Assembly: GCA_037443265.1 (NCBI GenBank)
Contig: JBBIOR010000005.1
Location: forward strand, 18,546 to 82,545
DNA: 64,000 nucleotides
Source of the DNA: Candidatus Fraserbacteria bacterium
Lineage (GTDB): Bacteria; Bipolaricaulota; Bipolaricaulia; RBG-16-55-9
Direction: 5' to 3'
The notes beneath the pieces are model-generated. The model was not told where the DNA came from. It ran no database searches and saw only the letters and a program-made list of their open reading frames with translations. Every line of letters starts with the position of its first letter. Position 1 is the stretch's first letter. This document shows, piece by piece, positions 18,296-29,490 of this stretch. The position numbers and the translations under genes were made by a program.

Positions 18296-19063
18296 TTACG
18301 AGCAGCCCCAGACAGCGGTGAGGATCTCCGGCTCGCCCCCGGTGATGAGGACCATCTCCTCCACGTGGGCCGCGGGTCGCCCATTGGGGGTGAGCACCGT
18401 CCAGCCGTCCTCTGCCACCCGCTCCTCTTCTGCTCCGGTGGACTTCCAGACCATCGGCTCGATCGCCAGGACCATCCCTTCTACGAGCTTCGCTCCTCGG
18501 CCCGGCACCCCATAATTGGGCACCTGCGGCTCCTCGTGCATCGAGCGGCCGATCCCATGGCCTACGAATCGCTTCACGACTTGATAGCCCCTGGACTCCA
18601 CATAGGAGCCGATCGCGTGCGCAATATCCCCCACGCGATGGCCAGCCAGGGCCTGAGCGATCCCCTGCCTGAGGGCCTCCCGCGCTACGCCTACGAGCTC
18701 CAGAGCCTCCGGCGAAGGCCGCCCGATAATGACAGTGTCGGCCTTGTCCGCATAGAGCCCTCGGCGCTCAATCCCAATATCAATCGAGAGCACATCGCCC
18801 TCGTGCAACACGCGATCAGGCCGGGGGATCCCGTGGACGATCTCGTCGTTGATGGACGTGCAGATCGATGCGGGAAACCCGCGATAGCCCTTGAAGGCGG
18901 AGGCGACCCCGGCCTCGTCCATGAGCTCCTCCGCCAGTTCATTGAGCTCGCCGGTGGAGACCCCCGGCTGAGAGGCACGGATCAGCGCTCTTAGAATCTC
19001 ATTCAAGATCCGCGCGTTCTCCCTCAAAAGCTCGATCTCACTCTCTGTCTTTAGCTGTATCAT
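18296..19063 (-). CDS. map: Methionine aminopeptidase
   Basis: SINDEIVHGIP, GHGIG, HEEPQV, AIEPM. Confidence 0.96.
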   Translation of the reverse strand: MIQLKTESEIELLRENARILNEILRALIRASQPGVSTGELNELAEELMDEAGVASAFKGYRGFPASICTSINDEIVHGIPRPDRVLHEGDVLSIDIGIERRGLYADKADTVIIGRPSPEALELVGVAREALRQGIAQALAGHRVGDIAHAIGSYVESRGYQVVKRFVGHGIGRSMHEEPQVPNYGVPGRGAKLVEGMVLAIEPMVWKSTGAEEERVAEDGWTVLTPNGRPAAHVEEMVLITGGEPEILTAVWGCS

Positions 19064-19694
19064 AGCCAGAGATCACATTCAGGATTCGCTCAAAGACCTC
19101 CTCAATCGATCCCCGGCCATCCACTTCGACTAAGAGACTGCGCCTACGATAGGACTCGATAAGGGGTTGAGCCTCTTGATTATACTGAACATCATAGCGC
19201 TTTGCGACCACCTCGGCTCTGTCATCCGAGCGCTGATAGAGCCTTCCGCCACAGGCATCGCAGATTCCTGCGCGCTTGGGAGGCTGTGAGACGAGGTTAT
19301 AAATTCGGCCGCAGCGCTCGCAGACCCGCCGGGAAGAGAGCCTCTGAATCACTTCCTCCCGCGGAAGATCAATCCAAAGCGCCAGATCGATCCCTGTCAG
19401 CTTCTCCAGCGCCTCTGCTTGAGAGACGTTCCTGGGGAAGCCATCGAGGATGAAGCCCCGCTGCCCCTCTAACTCACGGAGTTGCTCACGAATCAGGGCC
19501 ACCACCAGCTCATCGGGAACGAGTTCCCCGCGGTCCATGTAAGCTTGGGCCCGCTGACCCAGTTCTGTCTGATCTTTCACGGCCGCCCGCAAGAGATCCC
19601 CCGTGACGATCCGTGGGATCGAAAGATGCTCTGCCAAGCGTTTGGCCTGGGTCCCCTTGCCCGCCCCCGGCGGCCCCAAGAGCACGATCCTCAT
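19038..19694 (-). CDS. adk: Adenylate kinase
   Basis: GPPGAGKGTQ, LDGFPR, Zn lid. Confidence 0.96.
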   Translation of the reverse strand: MRIVLLGPPGAGKGTQAKRLAEHLSIPRIVTGDLLRAAVKDQTELGQRAQAYMDRGELVPDELVVALIREQLRELEGQRGFILDGFPRNVSQAEALEKLTGIDLALWIDLPREEVIQRLSSRRVCERCGRIYNLVSQPPKRAGICDACGGRLYQRSDDRAEVVAKRYDVQYNQEAQPLIESYRRRSLLVEVDGRGSIEEVFERILNVISGYDTAKDRE

Positions 19695-21019
19695 AGCTTT
19701 CTTCCCAGCACAGCGCCCTTGCGAATCAGACTCTCATAATGGCGCTCGACCATGTGGGCCTCGATCTGCTTGACGGTATCTACGCCTACGCCCACCACAA
19801 TCAGAATCGAAGTACCTCCTAGGGCGAAGAAGGCCTGTAGCCCACTCAAGTTCGTGACGATGTAGGGCAGAAGCGCAATCGCCGTCAAGAAGAGCCCACC
19901 GATGAAAAGCAGTCTCGTCTGGATCCGCTCGATGTAGTCGGAAGTGGCCTTGCCCGGACGTAGCCCTGGGATGAACCCCCCCCAGCGCCTCAGGTTATCT
20001 GCCAAGTCTTGAGGGTTAAACACGATCGCACTGTAGAAGTACGTGAAGAACATGATCAGCAGGCCATACAAAGCGAGATAGATCCAGCCGCCCCGCTGCA
20101 GATCTGCCTTGAGCACTTGAAACCACTCGGGGCCGCCCGAGAGGGCCGGCCAGCTGAGCAGAGTCTGAGGCAGGGTGAGAATAGCCGCAGCAAAGATGAT
20201 CGGGATGACCCCTCCCTGATTGACGCCGAAAGGAATGTATGTGTTCTGGCCCCCATAGACTCGACCCCGCACCATGCGCTTGGCGTATTGGATCTCAATC
20301 CTTCGGGCTCCCAGTTGTACCAGCACCACCCCGGCCACCACCACCACGAACATCGCAAGAAGCACGATCGCCCACAGGGGATTGGTTCCACCTCCGGGGC
20401 TGAGGGCGATGATGGTCTGATTGAGGAAGCCGGGGTAGCCGGCGATGATGCCGGCCATGATGATCATCGAAACCCCACGGCCGATCCCGTTCTCTGTAAT
20501 TCTCTCCCCCAGCCACATCAAGAACATCGTGCCCGTGGTGAGCGCGACCACCGAAGTAAAATAGAAGATGATCGGCGATTGTCCCTCAAAGAGCAGCCCC
20601 TGGCTGGCGATGACATAGCTGGTTCCGGCCGATTGCAGGAGGGCCAGCCCGACAGTCCCGTAGCGGACATATTTCTGGATGATCTTGCGCCCCTCGTCCC
20701 CCTGCTTCGTAAGCTCCTTAAGATACGGGATGACGGATTGCAGTAGGCTCATAATGATCGAGGCGTTGATGTAGGGGATGACACCGAGGGCGAAGATGGA
20801 AAGATTTTCAAAGGCTCCTCCGGTAAAGAGATTCAAGAAGCCGAGAAGCCCGCTGCTGCCGCCCAAGGCCGAAGCGAAAAACTCGCTCCACTTCTGGGGG
20901 TCGATGCCCGGCACGGGGATCCACGCCCCCAGTCGGAAGACCGCAAAGGCCCCTAAAGTAAAAAGGATCCGCTTGCGGACTTCAGGGATGGTCAGCGCCT
21001 GCAGGATGCCTTCGAACAT
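19691..21019 (-). CDS. secY: Preprotein translocase SecY
   Basis: SIFALGVIPYINASII, IPGLRPG, GGTSILIVVGV. Confidence 0.97.
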   Translation of the reverse strand: MFEGILQALTIPEVRKRILFTLGAFAVFRLGAWIPVPGIDPQKWSEFFASALGGSSGLLGFLNLFTGGAFENLSIFALGVIPYINASIIMSLLQSVIPYLKELTKQGDEGRKIIQKYVRYGTVGLALLQSAGTSYVIASQGLLFEGQSPIIFYFTSVVALTTGTMFLMWLGERITENGIGRGVSMIIMAGIIAGYPGFLNQTIIALSPGGGTNPLWAIVLLAMFVVVVAGVVLVQLGARRIEIQYAKRMVRGRVYGGQNTYIPFGVNQGGVIPIIFAAAILTLPQTLLSWPALSGGPEWFQVLKADLQRGGWIYLALYGLLIMFFTYFYSAIVFNPQDLADNLRRWGGFIPGLRPGKATSDYIERIQTRLLFIGGLFLTAIALLPYIVTNLSGLQAFFALGGTSILIVVGVGVDTVKQIEAHMVERHYESLIRKGAVLGRKL

Positions 21020-21024
21020 GGGGC

Positions 21025-21525
21025 TCAGCCGTCTCCTTCCCGCCCGCTGCGGGCATTTCTGCTTGCGGCACGCCGGGGGCTCTTAAGCACGATGGCCTGC
21101 CCGCCCGCCTCCTCAATCTGCTGACGGGCCTTCTTCGAGAAACTATGGGCCTTGAGGATCAGCCTCTTGGTGAGGCGCCCACGCCCCAGCACCTTCACCC
21201 CATCCCGGATCTCCTTGATGAGATGGCGCTTAAGTAGCTCCTCGGGCGTGACCTCCGCCCCCTCTTCAAATTGCTCTGCGATGTCATCGAGGTTGACATA
21301 GGAGAAGATCCGCCGCCGGAAATTTTGGAATCCCCGCTTGGGCACGCGCTTCCAGAGGGGAGTCTGTCCTCCTTCAAAGGCGGGAGGCATCTGATAGCCG
21401 CTGCGGGCCGTCTGCCCCTTGCCCCCGCGACCGGAGTACGTCCCGTGGGAGGCATTGCCCCGCCCCACCCGCTTCCTCTCTTTGCGACTCCCCGGCGTGG
21501 GAGAGAGCTCATCCAGCCTGACCAT
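21025..21525 (-). CDS. rplO: 50S ribosomal protein L15
   Basis: RVGRG, GRGGKGQTARSG, FEGGQTPL; start moved to ATG 21525. Confidence 0.95.
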   Translation of the reverse strand: MVRLDELSPTPGSRKERKRVGRGNASHGTYSGRGGKGQTARSGYQMPPAFEGGQTPLWKRVPKRGFQNFRRRIFSYVNLDDIAEQFEEGAEVTPEELLKRHLIKEIRDGVKVLGRGRLTKRLILKAHSFSKKARQQIEEAGGQAIVLKSPRRAASRNARSGREGDG

Positions 21526-22036
21526 GGAGGACCTCCTTGGGCGTCTTGTCCCTCTGGCGCGCAATCTCTTCCACTGTCCTGAGCTGCTTGAGCCCCTCGA
21601 TCGTGGCCTTGGCCAGGGTGAGCGGATTGGTCGACCCCAAGGCCTTGGTCAGAATATCTCGAATTCCCACCAGGCGGCAGATCGTGGCCACCGTCTCGCC
21701 CGCGATGATGCCCGTGCCGGGGAAGGCCGGCTTGAGCAGCACTCGGGCGGCCTTGAACTGTCCGATGACGGGATGAGGGATCGTGCCGCCCACCAGCGGG
21801 ACCGGGATCATATGGCGTCTGGCGTCGCGGATCGCTTGCTGGACCGCCGGAGGGATCTCGCGCGTGTTCCCCTTGCCCAAGCCAATACGCCCGGCTTGAT
21901 CCCCTACCGCCACAATCACGCGGAAGCTCAAATTCTTTCCGCCCTTGACCACCTTGGCCACCCGGCGGATCTCAATCACTTCGTTCTTCAGCTCTGGCTC
22001 TGGCTGCTGCTCTTCCAGTCTGTTGATCTCCTTCAA
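21509..22036 (-). CDS. rpsE: 30S ribosomal protein S5
   Basis: [17 protein letters not shown]. Confidence 0.96.
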   Translation of the reverse strand: MKEINRLEEQQPEPELKNEVIEIRRVAKVVKGGKNLSFRVIVAVGDQAGRIGLGKGNTREIPPAVQQAIRDARRHMIPVPLVGGTIPHPVIGQFKAARVLLKPAFPGTGIIAGETVATICRLVGIRDILTKALGSTNPLTLAKATIEGLKQLRTVEEIARQRDKTPKEVLHGQAG

Positions 22037-22392
22037 AACTTGAGTCCTCCTTCTCGAGCACTCTCGGCCAAGGCCTTGATGACCCCATGATAGGGATAGC
22101 CCCCTCGGTCGAAGACGACTCTTTCAATCCCCAAAGCTCTGGCCCGCTCCGCCAAAAGCTTGCCGACGGCCTTGGCCGCTTCGATATTGCAGCCGCGCGC
22201 TCCGCCCAGCGCCTTATCCAGCGTCGAGACGTAGACCCGCGTGTGGCCTTGCTCGTCGTCAATGAGCTGCGCGTAGATGTGTCGAAGACTCTTATAGACG
22301 GAGAGCCTGGGGCGGTCCGCCGTGCCCCGGATCTTGCGGCGGATGCGCCGGTGACGCTGCTGACGCTGTGCTTCGCGCGTAAGAGTCGCCAT
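22033..22392 (-). CDS. rplR: 50S ribosomal protein L18
   Basis: [16 protein letters not shown]. Confidence 0.96.
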   Translation of the reverse strand: MATLTREAQRQQRHRRIRRKIRGTADRPRLSVYKSLRHIYAQLIDDEQGHTRVYVSTLDKALGGARGCNIEAAKAVGKLLAERARALGIERVVFDRGGYPYHGVIKALAESAREGGLKF

Positions 22393-22395
22393 AGC

Positions 22396-22977
22396 TCATC
22401 CGCCGGCCGTCTTGGCCGCCGCCCCTGCCAGCTTGCCCTCCTTGCGAATGATGTGTTCATCGGCGTAGCGAATCCCAGTACCCTTGTAGGGCTCAGGCTC
22501 TCTAAGGGCTCGAATCTCCGCCGCGATCTCGCCCACCCGCTGCTTGTCCGGGCTTCGAAGCGTGATCTCCGCTTCAATACCCCCGCTCTTTATTTCCTTG
22601 ACCTCGACTGTAACGTTCTCCGGAAGCGTGTAGTGGATGGGATGGCTGCGGCCGATCTCAAGCACGAGATCCCGACCCTGCAACTTGGCGCGATACCCCA
22701 AGCCGACCAGCTGCAGCTTCTTCTCGTAGGGCTGCTGAACCCCTCGGATCATATTCGAGATCAAGCGCTGATAGAGCCCGTGACGGGCTTTATGGTCTTT
22801 CGCCTCGCCTTTGCGGGTGACCCGCACCTGGCCGTCCTCCACCGCCACAGCGACGAACCGGGGCTCGTAGCGCTGCTCCAGCTTCCCCTGGGGGCCCTCG
22901 ACCCGCACCCAATCGGCCTGGACTTCCACTTTCACCCCTGGGGGGATGGGGATCGGCAACTTTCCTATGCGGGACAC
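22396..22977 (-). CDS. rplF: 50S ribosomal protein L6
   Basis: MSRIGK, PEPYKGTGIRY. Confidence 0.96.
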   Translation of the reverse strand: MSRIGKLPIPIPPGVKVEVQADWVRVEGPQGKLEQRYEPRFVAVAVEDGQVRVTRKGEAKDHKARHGLYQRLISNMIRGVQQPYEKKLQLVGLGYRAKLQGRDLVLEIGRSHPIHYTLPENVTVEVKEIKSGGIEAEITLRSPDKQRVGEIAAEIRALREPEPYKGTGIRYADEHIIRKEGKLAGAAAKTAGG

Positions 22978-22984
22978 GGCTAGA

Positions 22985-23389
22985 TCACCAGATGTGGCAC
23001 AAGACTTCGCCTCCGACGCCGCGCCGGCGGGCCTCGCGCCCGGTCATGACCCCCTGAGACGTCGAGAGGATCGTGATCCCTAAGCCGGCCATCACGTAGG
23101 GAATGCCCTCCACCCCCACATAGACCCGCTGGCCCGCCTTACTCACGCGCTCTAAGCCGTGAATGACCCGCTCTCGACCCCGCTTGCCCTTGTACTTCAA
23201 GCGCAGCCGGAGGGTCCGCTGGCCCCTTTCGTCCGCCTGAACCTCAAAGCCTTCGATGTAGCCCTCCTCCTGAAGGATTCGGGCCAGCTCCTCCTTCAGG
23301 CGAGAGCTGGGCAGGCGCACTTCTTCGTGATAGCGCTCGTTGGCGTTTCTGATGCGCGTCAGCATGTCCGCAATGGGATCCGTCATCAT
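22985..23389 (-). CDS. rpsH: 30S ribosomal protein S8
   Basis: TDPIADMLTRIRNA, GGEVLCHIW. Confidence 0.96.
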   Translation of the reverse strand: MMTDPIADMLTRIRNANERYHEEVRLPSSRLKEELARILQEEGYIEGFEVQADERGQRTLRLRLKYKGKRGRERVIHGLERVSKAGQRVYVGVEGIPYVMAGLGITILSTSQGVMTGREARRRGVGGEVLCHIW

Positions 23390-23411
23390 GCCCGTCACCC
23401 CACTCAACGCT

Positions 23412-23597
23412 TCACCAACTCGCTTTCTGTACCCCAGGGATCAGGCCCCGATGGGCTAGCTCCCGAAAGCAGAGCCGGCAGACGCCAAAATCTCTGATGA
23501 AACCCCTCTTGCGTCCGCAGATCTGGCAGCGCCGCACCCGGCGCGTCATGAACTTCGGCTCTCTTAGGCTCTTGGAAATCCACGCCTTCGTGGCCAT
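23412..23597 (-). CDS. rpsN: 30S ribosomal protein S14 type Z
   Basis: RCQICGR...CRLCFRE, ends ASW. Confidence 0.95.
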   Translation of the reverse strand: MATKAWISKSLREPKFMTRRVRRCQICGRKRGFIRDFGVCRLCFRELAHRGLIPGVQKASW

Positions 23598-23599
23598 AA

Positions 23600-24151
23600 T
23601 TAATCCCGGAACGGACACCCCAATTCCTTCAAGAGATAATACGCCTCCCGATCCGTCCTGGCCGTCGTCGAGATCGTGATGTTCATGCCCTGGACTTTTA
23701 CGATCTCGTCGTATTTGATCTCAGGGAAGACGAGCTGCTCGTCCAACCCGAGAGAATAATTGCCACGGCCGTCAAAGGAATCCGCTGATAGCCCTCGAAA
23801 ATCCCGCACCGAGGGCAGCACGACATTGAACAGCTTCTCCAAGAACACATAGGCCCGCAGGCCCCGCAGGGTCACTTTGCAGCCCACCGGGTCGCCTTGG
23901 GTGATCCCAAAGTCCGAGATACTGCGCTTGGCCCGGGTGACTACGGGGCGTTGGCCGGTGATCTTGGCCAGATCCTTCATGCAGCCCTCCAGCACCTTCG
24001 GATCGTCATGGGCCTCTTTGATGCCCATATTGATGACGACCTTCTCGAGGCGAGGCACCTGCATGGCGCTCTTATAGCCAAGCTCCTTTATGAGCTTGGG
24101 AATCACTTCTTGATGATAGCGCTCCTGCAACATGGCTCTCATGTCATTCAA
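23600..24151 (-). CDS. rplE: 50S ribosomal protein L5
   Basis: [19 protein letters not shown]. Confidence 0.96.
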   Translation of the reverse strand: MNDMRAMLQERYHQEVIPKLIKELGYKSAMQVPRLEKVVINMGIKEAHDDPKVLEGCMKDLAKITGQRPVVTRAKRSISDFGITQGDPVGCKVTLRGLRAYVFLEKLFNVVLPSVRDFRGLSADSFDGRGNYSLGLDEQLVFPEIKYDEIVKVQGMNITISTTARTDREAYYLLKELGCPFRD

Positions 24152-24458
24152 ACGTCTCCCCGCACTGCTTGCACTTTCTCATCTTCTCGCCGGTCTCGGT
24201 GAGCTCAAACCCCACCCGCGTCGGGTGATCACAGACCGGGCAGATCACCAGCACATTGGAGATGTGAATGGTCCCCTCGCGCTCGATGATGCCACCCTCG
24301 CGCTGCCGGGCTGTCGGGCGCTGGTGGCGCTTAATGATATTTACACCTTTGACGATGAGGCGCTGCTGCTCCCGCAGGATCTTCATCACTTCCCCCCTCT
24401 GGCCGCGGTAGTTGCCCGCAATCACTTTCACCACATCGCCCTTCTTGACTTTGAGCAT
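24144..24458 (-). CDS. rplX: 50S ribosomal protein L24
   Basis: [17 protein letters not shown]. Confidence 0.96.
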   Translation of the reverse strand: MLKVKKGDVVKVIAGNYRGQRGEVMKILREQQRLIVKGVNIIKRHQRPTARQREGGIIEREGTIHISNVLVICPVCDHPTRVGFELTETGEKMRKCKQCGETFE

Positions 24459-24827
24459 CTACAGCACCTCCGGAGCCAGCGAGAGAATTCTAAGCATGTT
24501 CCTCTGGCGCAGTTCTCTGGGTACGGGTCCGAAGACGCGCGTCCCAATAGGCTCTAATTGATTATTCACTAAAACGACGGCATTGTCATCGAAGCGGATG
24601 TAGCTGCCGTCCTCGCGGCGATAGGGCTTGCGCGTGCGGACGATGACCCCTTTCACCACAGCGCCCTTCTCGATCTCGCTGGTTGGCAGACGCTTCTGGA
24701 CGGAGCCCACAATGATGTCTCCAATGCGGCCACCGACAGCGCCGGGTCGGCCCAACACGTTGGCCACGCGAATCTCCTTGACTCCCGAGTTGTCTGTGAC
24801 TTTCAAGACGCTTCGGACTTGGATCAT
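24459..24827 (-). CDS. rplN: 50S ribosomal protein L14
   Basis: [18 protein letters not shown]. Confidence 0.96.
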   Translation of the reverse strand: MIQVRSVLKVTDNSGVKEIRVANVLGRPGAVGGRIGDIIVGSVQKRLPTSEIEKGAVVKGVIVRTRKPYRREDGSYIRFDDNAVVLVNNQLEPIGTRVFGPVPRELRQRNMLRILSLAPEVL

Positions 24828-25114
24828 GACGACTCTACCTGCTCAGTCTCTCCCGCAGGCCCCTCCTCTGCGGGCGCGCGCTGGAGGACCGCCACCAGTC
24901 GCCAGCGCTTGAGCCGCGAGAGCGGCCGGGTCTCACGAATTCTCACCACATCCCCCACGTGAGCCTCTTCCTGCTCATCGTGGGCGTAAAACTTCTTGCG
25001 CTTGCGAATCACTTTCTTATAGCGCGGATGCCGGACGTGGGTCTCGACCAACACCGTGATCGTCTTCTGCATCTTGTCACTGATCACTCGTCCAATGCGC
25101 TCTTTGACCGGCAT
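24824..25114 (-). CDS. rpsQ: 30S ribosomal protein S17
   Basis: SDKMQKT, ETRPLS. Confidence 0.96.
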   Translation of the reverse strand: MPVKERIGRVISDKMQKTITVLVETHVRHPRYKKVIRKRKKFYAHDEQEEAHVGDVVRIRETRPLSRLKRWRLVAVLQRAPAEEGPAGETEQVESS

Positions 25115-25317
25115 CAGCGTCCACCTGCCTTAAGCTCTCGCTCTCTTAGGACAGTGAGGACCCGGGCGATGTCCTTCTTCGTCTCCTTGAGGGCCGCGGT
25201 GTTCTCCTGCTGGCCGGTGGCGATCTGAAAGCGCAGCGTAAAGAGCTTCCTCTTGAGCTCCGCTTCCTTCTGGCGCAGCTCTTCTTCGGTGAGATCGCGC
25301 AGCTCCTTGGCTTTCAT
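25114..25317 (-). CDS. rpmC: 50S ribosomal protein L29
   Basis: [20 protein letters not shown]. Confidence 0.95.
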   Translation of the reverse strand: MKAKELRDLTEEELRQKEAELKRKLFTLRFQIATGQQENTAALKETKKDIARVLTVLRERELKAGGR

Positions 25318-25745
25318 AGCTCGCCTCCCAGCTTGAGCCTCTCCCTAAGCCTTGTTCGAATGGGAAGCTTATGGTCGACGGCCTGCTGGATCTCTTCCGC
25401 CTGGGCGCGGGTGACCCCGCTGATCTCAAAGAGGATCCGCCCGGGCTTGACCACAGCCACATAATGATCCACATCTCCCTTGCCCTTACCCATACGGGTC
25501 TCCGCGGGCTTCTTCGTCACGGGCTTATCCGGAAAGATACGGACCCAGATCTTGGAGTTGCGCTCCATCATCCGGACCATGGCCTGCCGGCAGGCCTCAA
25601 TTTGTCTATCGGTGATCCAAGCGGGCTCAAGCGCCTGGATGCCAAATTCTCCAAAGGCCACTTCACTTCCGGCCAGGGCCAGGCCCTTGCGCCGACCGCG
25701 ATGAGTCTTGCGAAATTTCGTCCGCTTAGGAGCCAGCAGCGCCAA
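25314..25745 (-). CDS. rplP: 50S ribosomal protein L16
   Basis: [18 protein letters not shown] start at 25745 after GAGGTGAG. Confidence 0.95.
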   Translation of the reverse strand: MALLAPKRTKFRKTHRGRRKGLALAGSEVAFGEFGIQALEPAWITDRQIEACRQAMVRMMERNSKIWVRIFPDKPVTKKPAETRMGKGKGDVDHYVAVVKPGRILFEISGVTRAQAEEIQQAVDHKLPIRTRLRERLKLGGEL

Positions 25746-26409
25746 CGGCCTCACCTCGCTTCTCCACCGGTAGCGCCCGCCGCGGCAACTGCTCCCCACG
25801 AAAGAGCCAGACTTTGATGCCAATGGGGCCATACTTCGTCCAGGCCTCGGTGAACCCGTAATCGATGTCGGCCCGGATCGTCTGCAGCGGCACCCGGCCC
25901 TGTTTAATTTCAATCGAACGGGCGATCTCCGCGCCGCCCAGCCGGCCGCTGCAACGAATCTTGACCCCTTTGGCTCCGCGCTCCATCACCCGGCCGATCA
26001 CTTCCTTCATGGCCCTCTGAATGGGAAAACGGTTCTCCACCCGATAGGCCACCTCTTCCGCCACCAGGATCGCCTCGAGATCCGGAGCCTCAACTTCTTT
26101 GATAGAGATCTTCACCTTGCGGCCGAGCTTCTCCTCCAGCTCCTTCTGGAACTGATCGATCTCAGCCCCGCCCTTTCCAATTAAGATGCCGGGCCGAGCC
26201 GTACGGATCACAATCGAGACTCGATCCTCCGTGGGCCGCTCCAGATTGATCTCCGCAATGCCTGCGCCCTTGTAGCGCGCGCAGATCCATTGGCGAATCT
26301 TCTGATCCTCTAGTAAATATTCAGGGGCCTTCTTCTCATGGAACCAGTTCGACTTCCACTTCTGAGTGATCCCGAGTCGAAACCCCAGCGGATGGGTCTT
26401 CTGTCCCAT
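25726..26409 (-). CDS. rpsC: 30S ribosomal protein S3
   Basis: [27 protein letters not shown]. Confidence 0.97.
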   Translation of the reverse strand: MGQKTHPLGFRLGITQKWKSNWFHEKKAPEYLLEDQKIRQWICARYKGAGIAEINLERPTEDRVSIVIRTARPGILIGKGGAEIDQFQKELEEKLGRKVKISIKEVEAPDLEAILVAEEVAYRVENRFPIQRAMKEVIGRVMERGAKGVKIRCSGRLGGAEIARSIEIKQGRVPLQTIRADIDYGFTEAWTKYGPIGIKVWLFRGEQLPRRALPVEKRGEAVGAAGS

Positions 26410-26753
26410 CAGCTCTGCGCCTCCTTCTCAGCCACCACAATGGTGATATGGGCCGTGGGCCGCTTGATGATGTCAGCTCGGCCGCGCGAGCGGGCCTTCA
26501 CCCTCTTTAAAGACGGCCCCTGATCGACCCGGGCCTCTTTCACCGTGAGCGTGTCCACGTCCATGTCATAGTTATGCTCCGCGTTGGCCACGGCAGACTC
26601 TAGGACTTTTCGAATGGCGCGGGCCCCCTTGGACTTGGCCAATCTCACCAAGTGGAGCGCTTCATCCACCGGCTTGCCCTGGATCTCTCGGGCCACGAGC
26701 CTCGCCCGATCCGGCGAGACGCGCACCCACTTCGCCATCGCTTTCGCCTGCAT
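26409..26753 (-). CDS. rplV: 50S ribosomal protein L22
   Basis: SAVANAEHN, RSRGRA, HITIVV. Confidence 0.96.
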   Translation of the reverse strand: MQAKAMAKWVRVSPDRARLVAREIQGKPVDEALHLVRLAKSKGARAIRKVLESAVANAEHNYDMDVDTLTVKEARVDQGPSLKRVKARSRGRADIIKRPTAHITIVVAEKEAQS

Positions 26754-26774
26754 AAAAGACCCTCTCTTGCCGTC

Positions 26775-27059
26775 TTACTTGGGTGCTGGAGGTTGCTTCT
26801 TCTTCACCCCGCCGTGGGCCTTGAAGATGCGCGTCGGGGCGAACTCCCCCAATCGATGGCCTACCATGGCCTCTACAATTTGAACGGGCACGTGTATCTT
26901 ACCGTTGTGGACTTTGATCGTCAACCCGACCATCTCGGGCGTGATCATCGAGGCCCTCGACCAGGTGAGGATCTCTTTGAGCTCACCCCGCTTAGCCTTG
27001 GCGATCTTCTTTAAGAGCTTAGGGTGAACGAAGGGGCCCTTCGAGGTCGAACGGGCCAT
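26775..27059 (-). CDS. rpsS: 30S ribosomal protein S19
   Basis: [22 protein letters not shown]. Confidence 0.96.
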   Translation of the reverse strand: MARSTSKGPFVHPKLLKKIAKAKRGELKEILTWSRASMITPEMVGLTIKVHNGKIHVPVQIVEAMVGHRLGEFAPTRIFKAHGGVKKKQPPAPK

Positions 27060-27060
27060 C

Positions 27061-27906
27061 TTAGCTCACCCTCCCCTTGCGGGCATCCCGCGCGTGGACC
27101 ACGATGAGTTTATCCGAGGGCTTCTTCTGGCGGGTGCGCACGCCCTTGGCGGGCTTGCCCGAGAACGTGCGCGGCGGGCCCCCCACATAGTGTCGGCCCT
27201 CGCCTCCACCGTGCGGATGATCCACTGGGTTGCGCGCCACACCCCGCGTGATGGGTCTGTGTCCCAGATGCCGCACCCGACCCGCTTGGCCGTGAACGAC
27301 GTTCTTGTGATCGAGGTTGCCCACTTGTCCTACCGTGGCCATGCAATTCCCATCAAAGATGCGAATCTCTCCCGAAGGGAGTCTCAAGCGCACTTGGCCC
27401 TCCTCGAGGCTGAGCACTTGACAGGCGGTCCCCGCAGCCCGGGCGAGCTTGGCTCTCCCTCTAGGCGCAAACTCGACACAATGGACGAACGATCCCACGG
27501 GGATCTTCTTAAGGGGCAGCGCGTTGCCCGGACGGGCCTCTACATCTTCCCCCGCCATGACCGTCGCCCCCAGAGCCAGCTCCAAGGGCGAGATGATATA
27601 GCGCTTCTCGCCGTCGGCATAATGGAGCAGCGTGATCCACGCCGAGCGATTCGGGTCATACTCTCGGGAGATGACCCTAGCGGGAATCCCAAATTTATCC
27701 CGGGCGAAGTCGATGAGGCGGTAGAGGCGCTTCTCTCCGCCGCCGCGCCCGCGCATCGTGATCCGGCCCTGATTGTTCCGCCCGCCCGTCTTCTTCAAGG
27801 GCACAAGCAGGCTCTTCTCGGGCTCCTTGGGTGTCAGCTCCGAGAAGTCTGGCCACTCAGCGTGTCTTAGACTCGGCGTGATCGGCCTAAATCGCTTCGT
27901 AGGCAT
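27061..27906 (-). CDS. rplB: 50S ribosomal protein L2
   Basis: [30 protein letters not shown]. Confidence 0.97.
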   Translation of the reverse strand: MPTKRFRPITPSLRHAEWPDFSELTPKEPEKSLLVPLKKTGGRNNQGRITMRGRGGGEKRLYRLIDFARDKFGIPARVISREYDPNRSAWITLLHYADGEKRYIISPLELALGATVMAGEDVEARPGNALPLKKIPVGSFVHCVEFAPRGRAKLARAAGTACQVLSLEEGQVRLRLPSGEIRIFDGNCMATVGQVGNLDHKNVVHGQAGRVRHLGHRPITRGVARNPVDHPHGGGEGRHYVGGPPRTFSGKPAKGVRTRQKKPSDKLIVVHARDARKGRVS

Positions 27907-27918
27907 CCGCTCATCCCC

Positions 27919-28200
27919 TCATTGATAGATCTCGATCCGCTGGCCCGCCGCGAGCTGCACGATGGCCTTCTTCCAATCGGGCTTTCGACCCTGTTGATAG
28001 AAGCGAATCCGGCGGGGCTTGCCGCGGACGTCCATCGTCCAGACCCCTTCGACCTTCACTTTGAAGATCTGTTCGATGGCCCGACGGATCTGGATCTTGT
28101 TGGCCTTTGGATGGACGCGAAAAGTATATTTTCGCTCATCCTGCCCCTTCCAACTCTTCTCGCTCACAATCGGCGCAATGATCACATCTTCAAGCTGCAT
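27919..28200 (-). CDS. rplW: 50S ribosomal protein L23
   Basis: PIVSEK, ANKIQI, WKKAIV. Confidence 0.95.
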   Translation of the reverse strand: MQLEDVIIAPIVSEKSWKGQDERKYTFRVHPKANKIQIRRAIEQIFKVKVEGVWTMDVRGKPRRIRFYQQGRKPDWKKAIVQLAAGQRIEIYQ

Positions 28201-28834
28201 GTCCGTTCACCCTAGCCGTCAGTTCTTGCAGCGCCCCGGCGGTCAAAAGCAAGCGGGCGTGCCTTAAAATCTCATAGGCGTGCACGCTCCGGGCCGGCCT
28301 ACAGGTCACTCCCGGAAGATTGCTGAACGACTTGCAAACCCGAAAGTTATTCTCTTCATAAGAGAGAAGCACAAGAAGCGTCTCCTCCTGAGGGATCTTC
28401 AATCGCTCCAGAAGCGCCAGGGCGTCTTTCGTCCTGGGCCTTTCGAAGTCCAATCGATCAATAAGGGTTACCCGATCGCTCTGGTAGCGATCGCGGATGG
28501 CCGAAAGCAGGGCCTGTCTTCTCATCCTCTTGGGGAGTTTATATTCATACTCTTTGGGCTGGGGGCCGAAGGTGATTCCCCCTCCGACCCAGAGGGGGGA
28601 TTGGAAGGAGCCGTGGCGGGCGCGGCCCGTATGTTTTTGCGGCCACGGCTTGCGGCCGCTTCCGGCCACTTGGCTTCGGGTCTTGGTGGCATGCGTGCCC
28701 TGTCGCTGGTTGGTGAGAAAGCTCTGGACCGCGCGGAAGAGCAGATCTTTGTGAATCGGACCCTCCGCCAGCTGCTCGCTGATCTCGAGGGTCTCCTCGC
28801 CGCCTTCGAGCTTAAACATCTTCGCCGTAGCCAT
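28190..28834 (-). CDS. rplD: 50S ribosomal protein L4
   Basis: RQGTHATKTR, KPWPQKHTGRARHG. Confidence 0.96.
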   Translation of the reverse strand: MATAKMFKLEGGEETLEISEQLAEGPIHKDLLFRAVQSFLTNQRQGTHATKTRSQVAGSGRKPWPQKHTGRARHGSFQSPLWVGGGITFGPQPKEYEYKLPKRMRRQALLSAIRDRYQSDRVTLIDRLDFERPRTKDALALLERLKIPQEETLLVLLSYEENNFRVCKSFSNLPGVTCRPARSVHAYEILRHARLLLTAGALQELTARVNGHAA

Positions 28835-28837
28835 AGC

Positions 28838-29467
28838 TCATCCCTCTTCCTCTTTGCGCAGCTCCACCAAGCTCCCTCGGGGACCCGGGACGGCCCCCTT
28901 CACGACGAGGAGATGGCGAGTCGGATCGGCTTTGAGCACCGTAAGCCCGCAAACCGTCACGCGCTCAGCCCCCATGTGGCCAGCCATGCGATGGCCCTTA
29001 AAGACTTTTCCTGTGGCGCGGATGCTGCCGATCGAGCCCGGTCGTCTATGGGAGTCCGAGCCATGAGAAGCATCTCCCCCTCGAAAGCCCCATCTCTTCA
29101 TCACGCCCGCAAAACCCTTGCCTTTGGAGATGCCACTTACGCGAATCTTCTCCCCCTCTTGGAAGATCCCCACCGTGATCTCCTGCCCCACTTGGAATTG
29201 GGAGGGATCCGCCACGCGAAATTCTCTCAGATGGCGCCGGGGCTCCGTCTTCGCCCGCTCAAAATGGCCCCTCATCGGCTTGTTCACATGTTTCGGCTTC
29301 AGCCGGCCAAAGCCCAATTGAAGAGCCTGATAGCCATCGTGCTCTTTGGTCCTGATTTGAACGATGACGTTGGGCTCCGCTTCGATGACCGTGGCTGATA
29401 TGGCCTGGCCCTCCGCGTCAAACCACTGCATCATCCCTAGCTTGCGTCCCAGCATTCCCAAAGCCAT
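28838..29467 (-). CDS. rplC: 50S ribosomal protein L3
   Basis: GRKLGM, SKGKGFAGVMKRW, KGAVPG. Confidence 0.96.
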   Translation of the reverse strand: MALGMLGRKLGMMQWFDAEGQAISATVIEAEPNVIVQIRTKEHDGYQALQLGFGRLKPKHVNKPMRGHFERAKTEPRRHLREFRVADPSQFQVGQEITVGIFQEGEKIRVSGISKGKGFAGVMKRWGFRGGDASHGSDSHRRPGSIGSIRATGKVFKGHRMAGHMGAERVTVCGLTVLKADPTRHLLVVKGAVPGPRGSLVELRKEEEG

Positions 29468-29490
29468 AGCCTCTCTCCCACGCTGTGAGA

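Noticed and set aside
28280..29398. Long antisense ORFs (also 17015..17986, 22087..22983, 35269..36249, 49036..50007)
   Set aside because: Shadow ORFs of conserved genes in GC-rich DNA with no recognisable motifs
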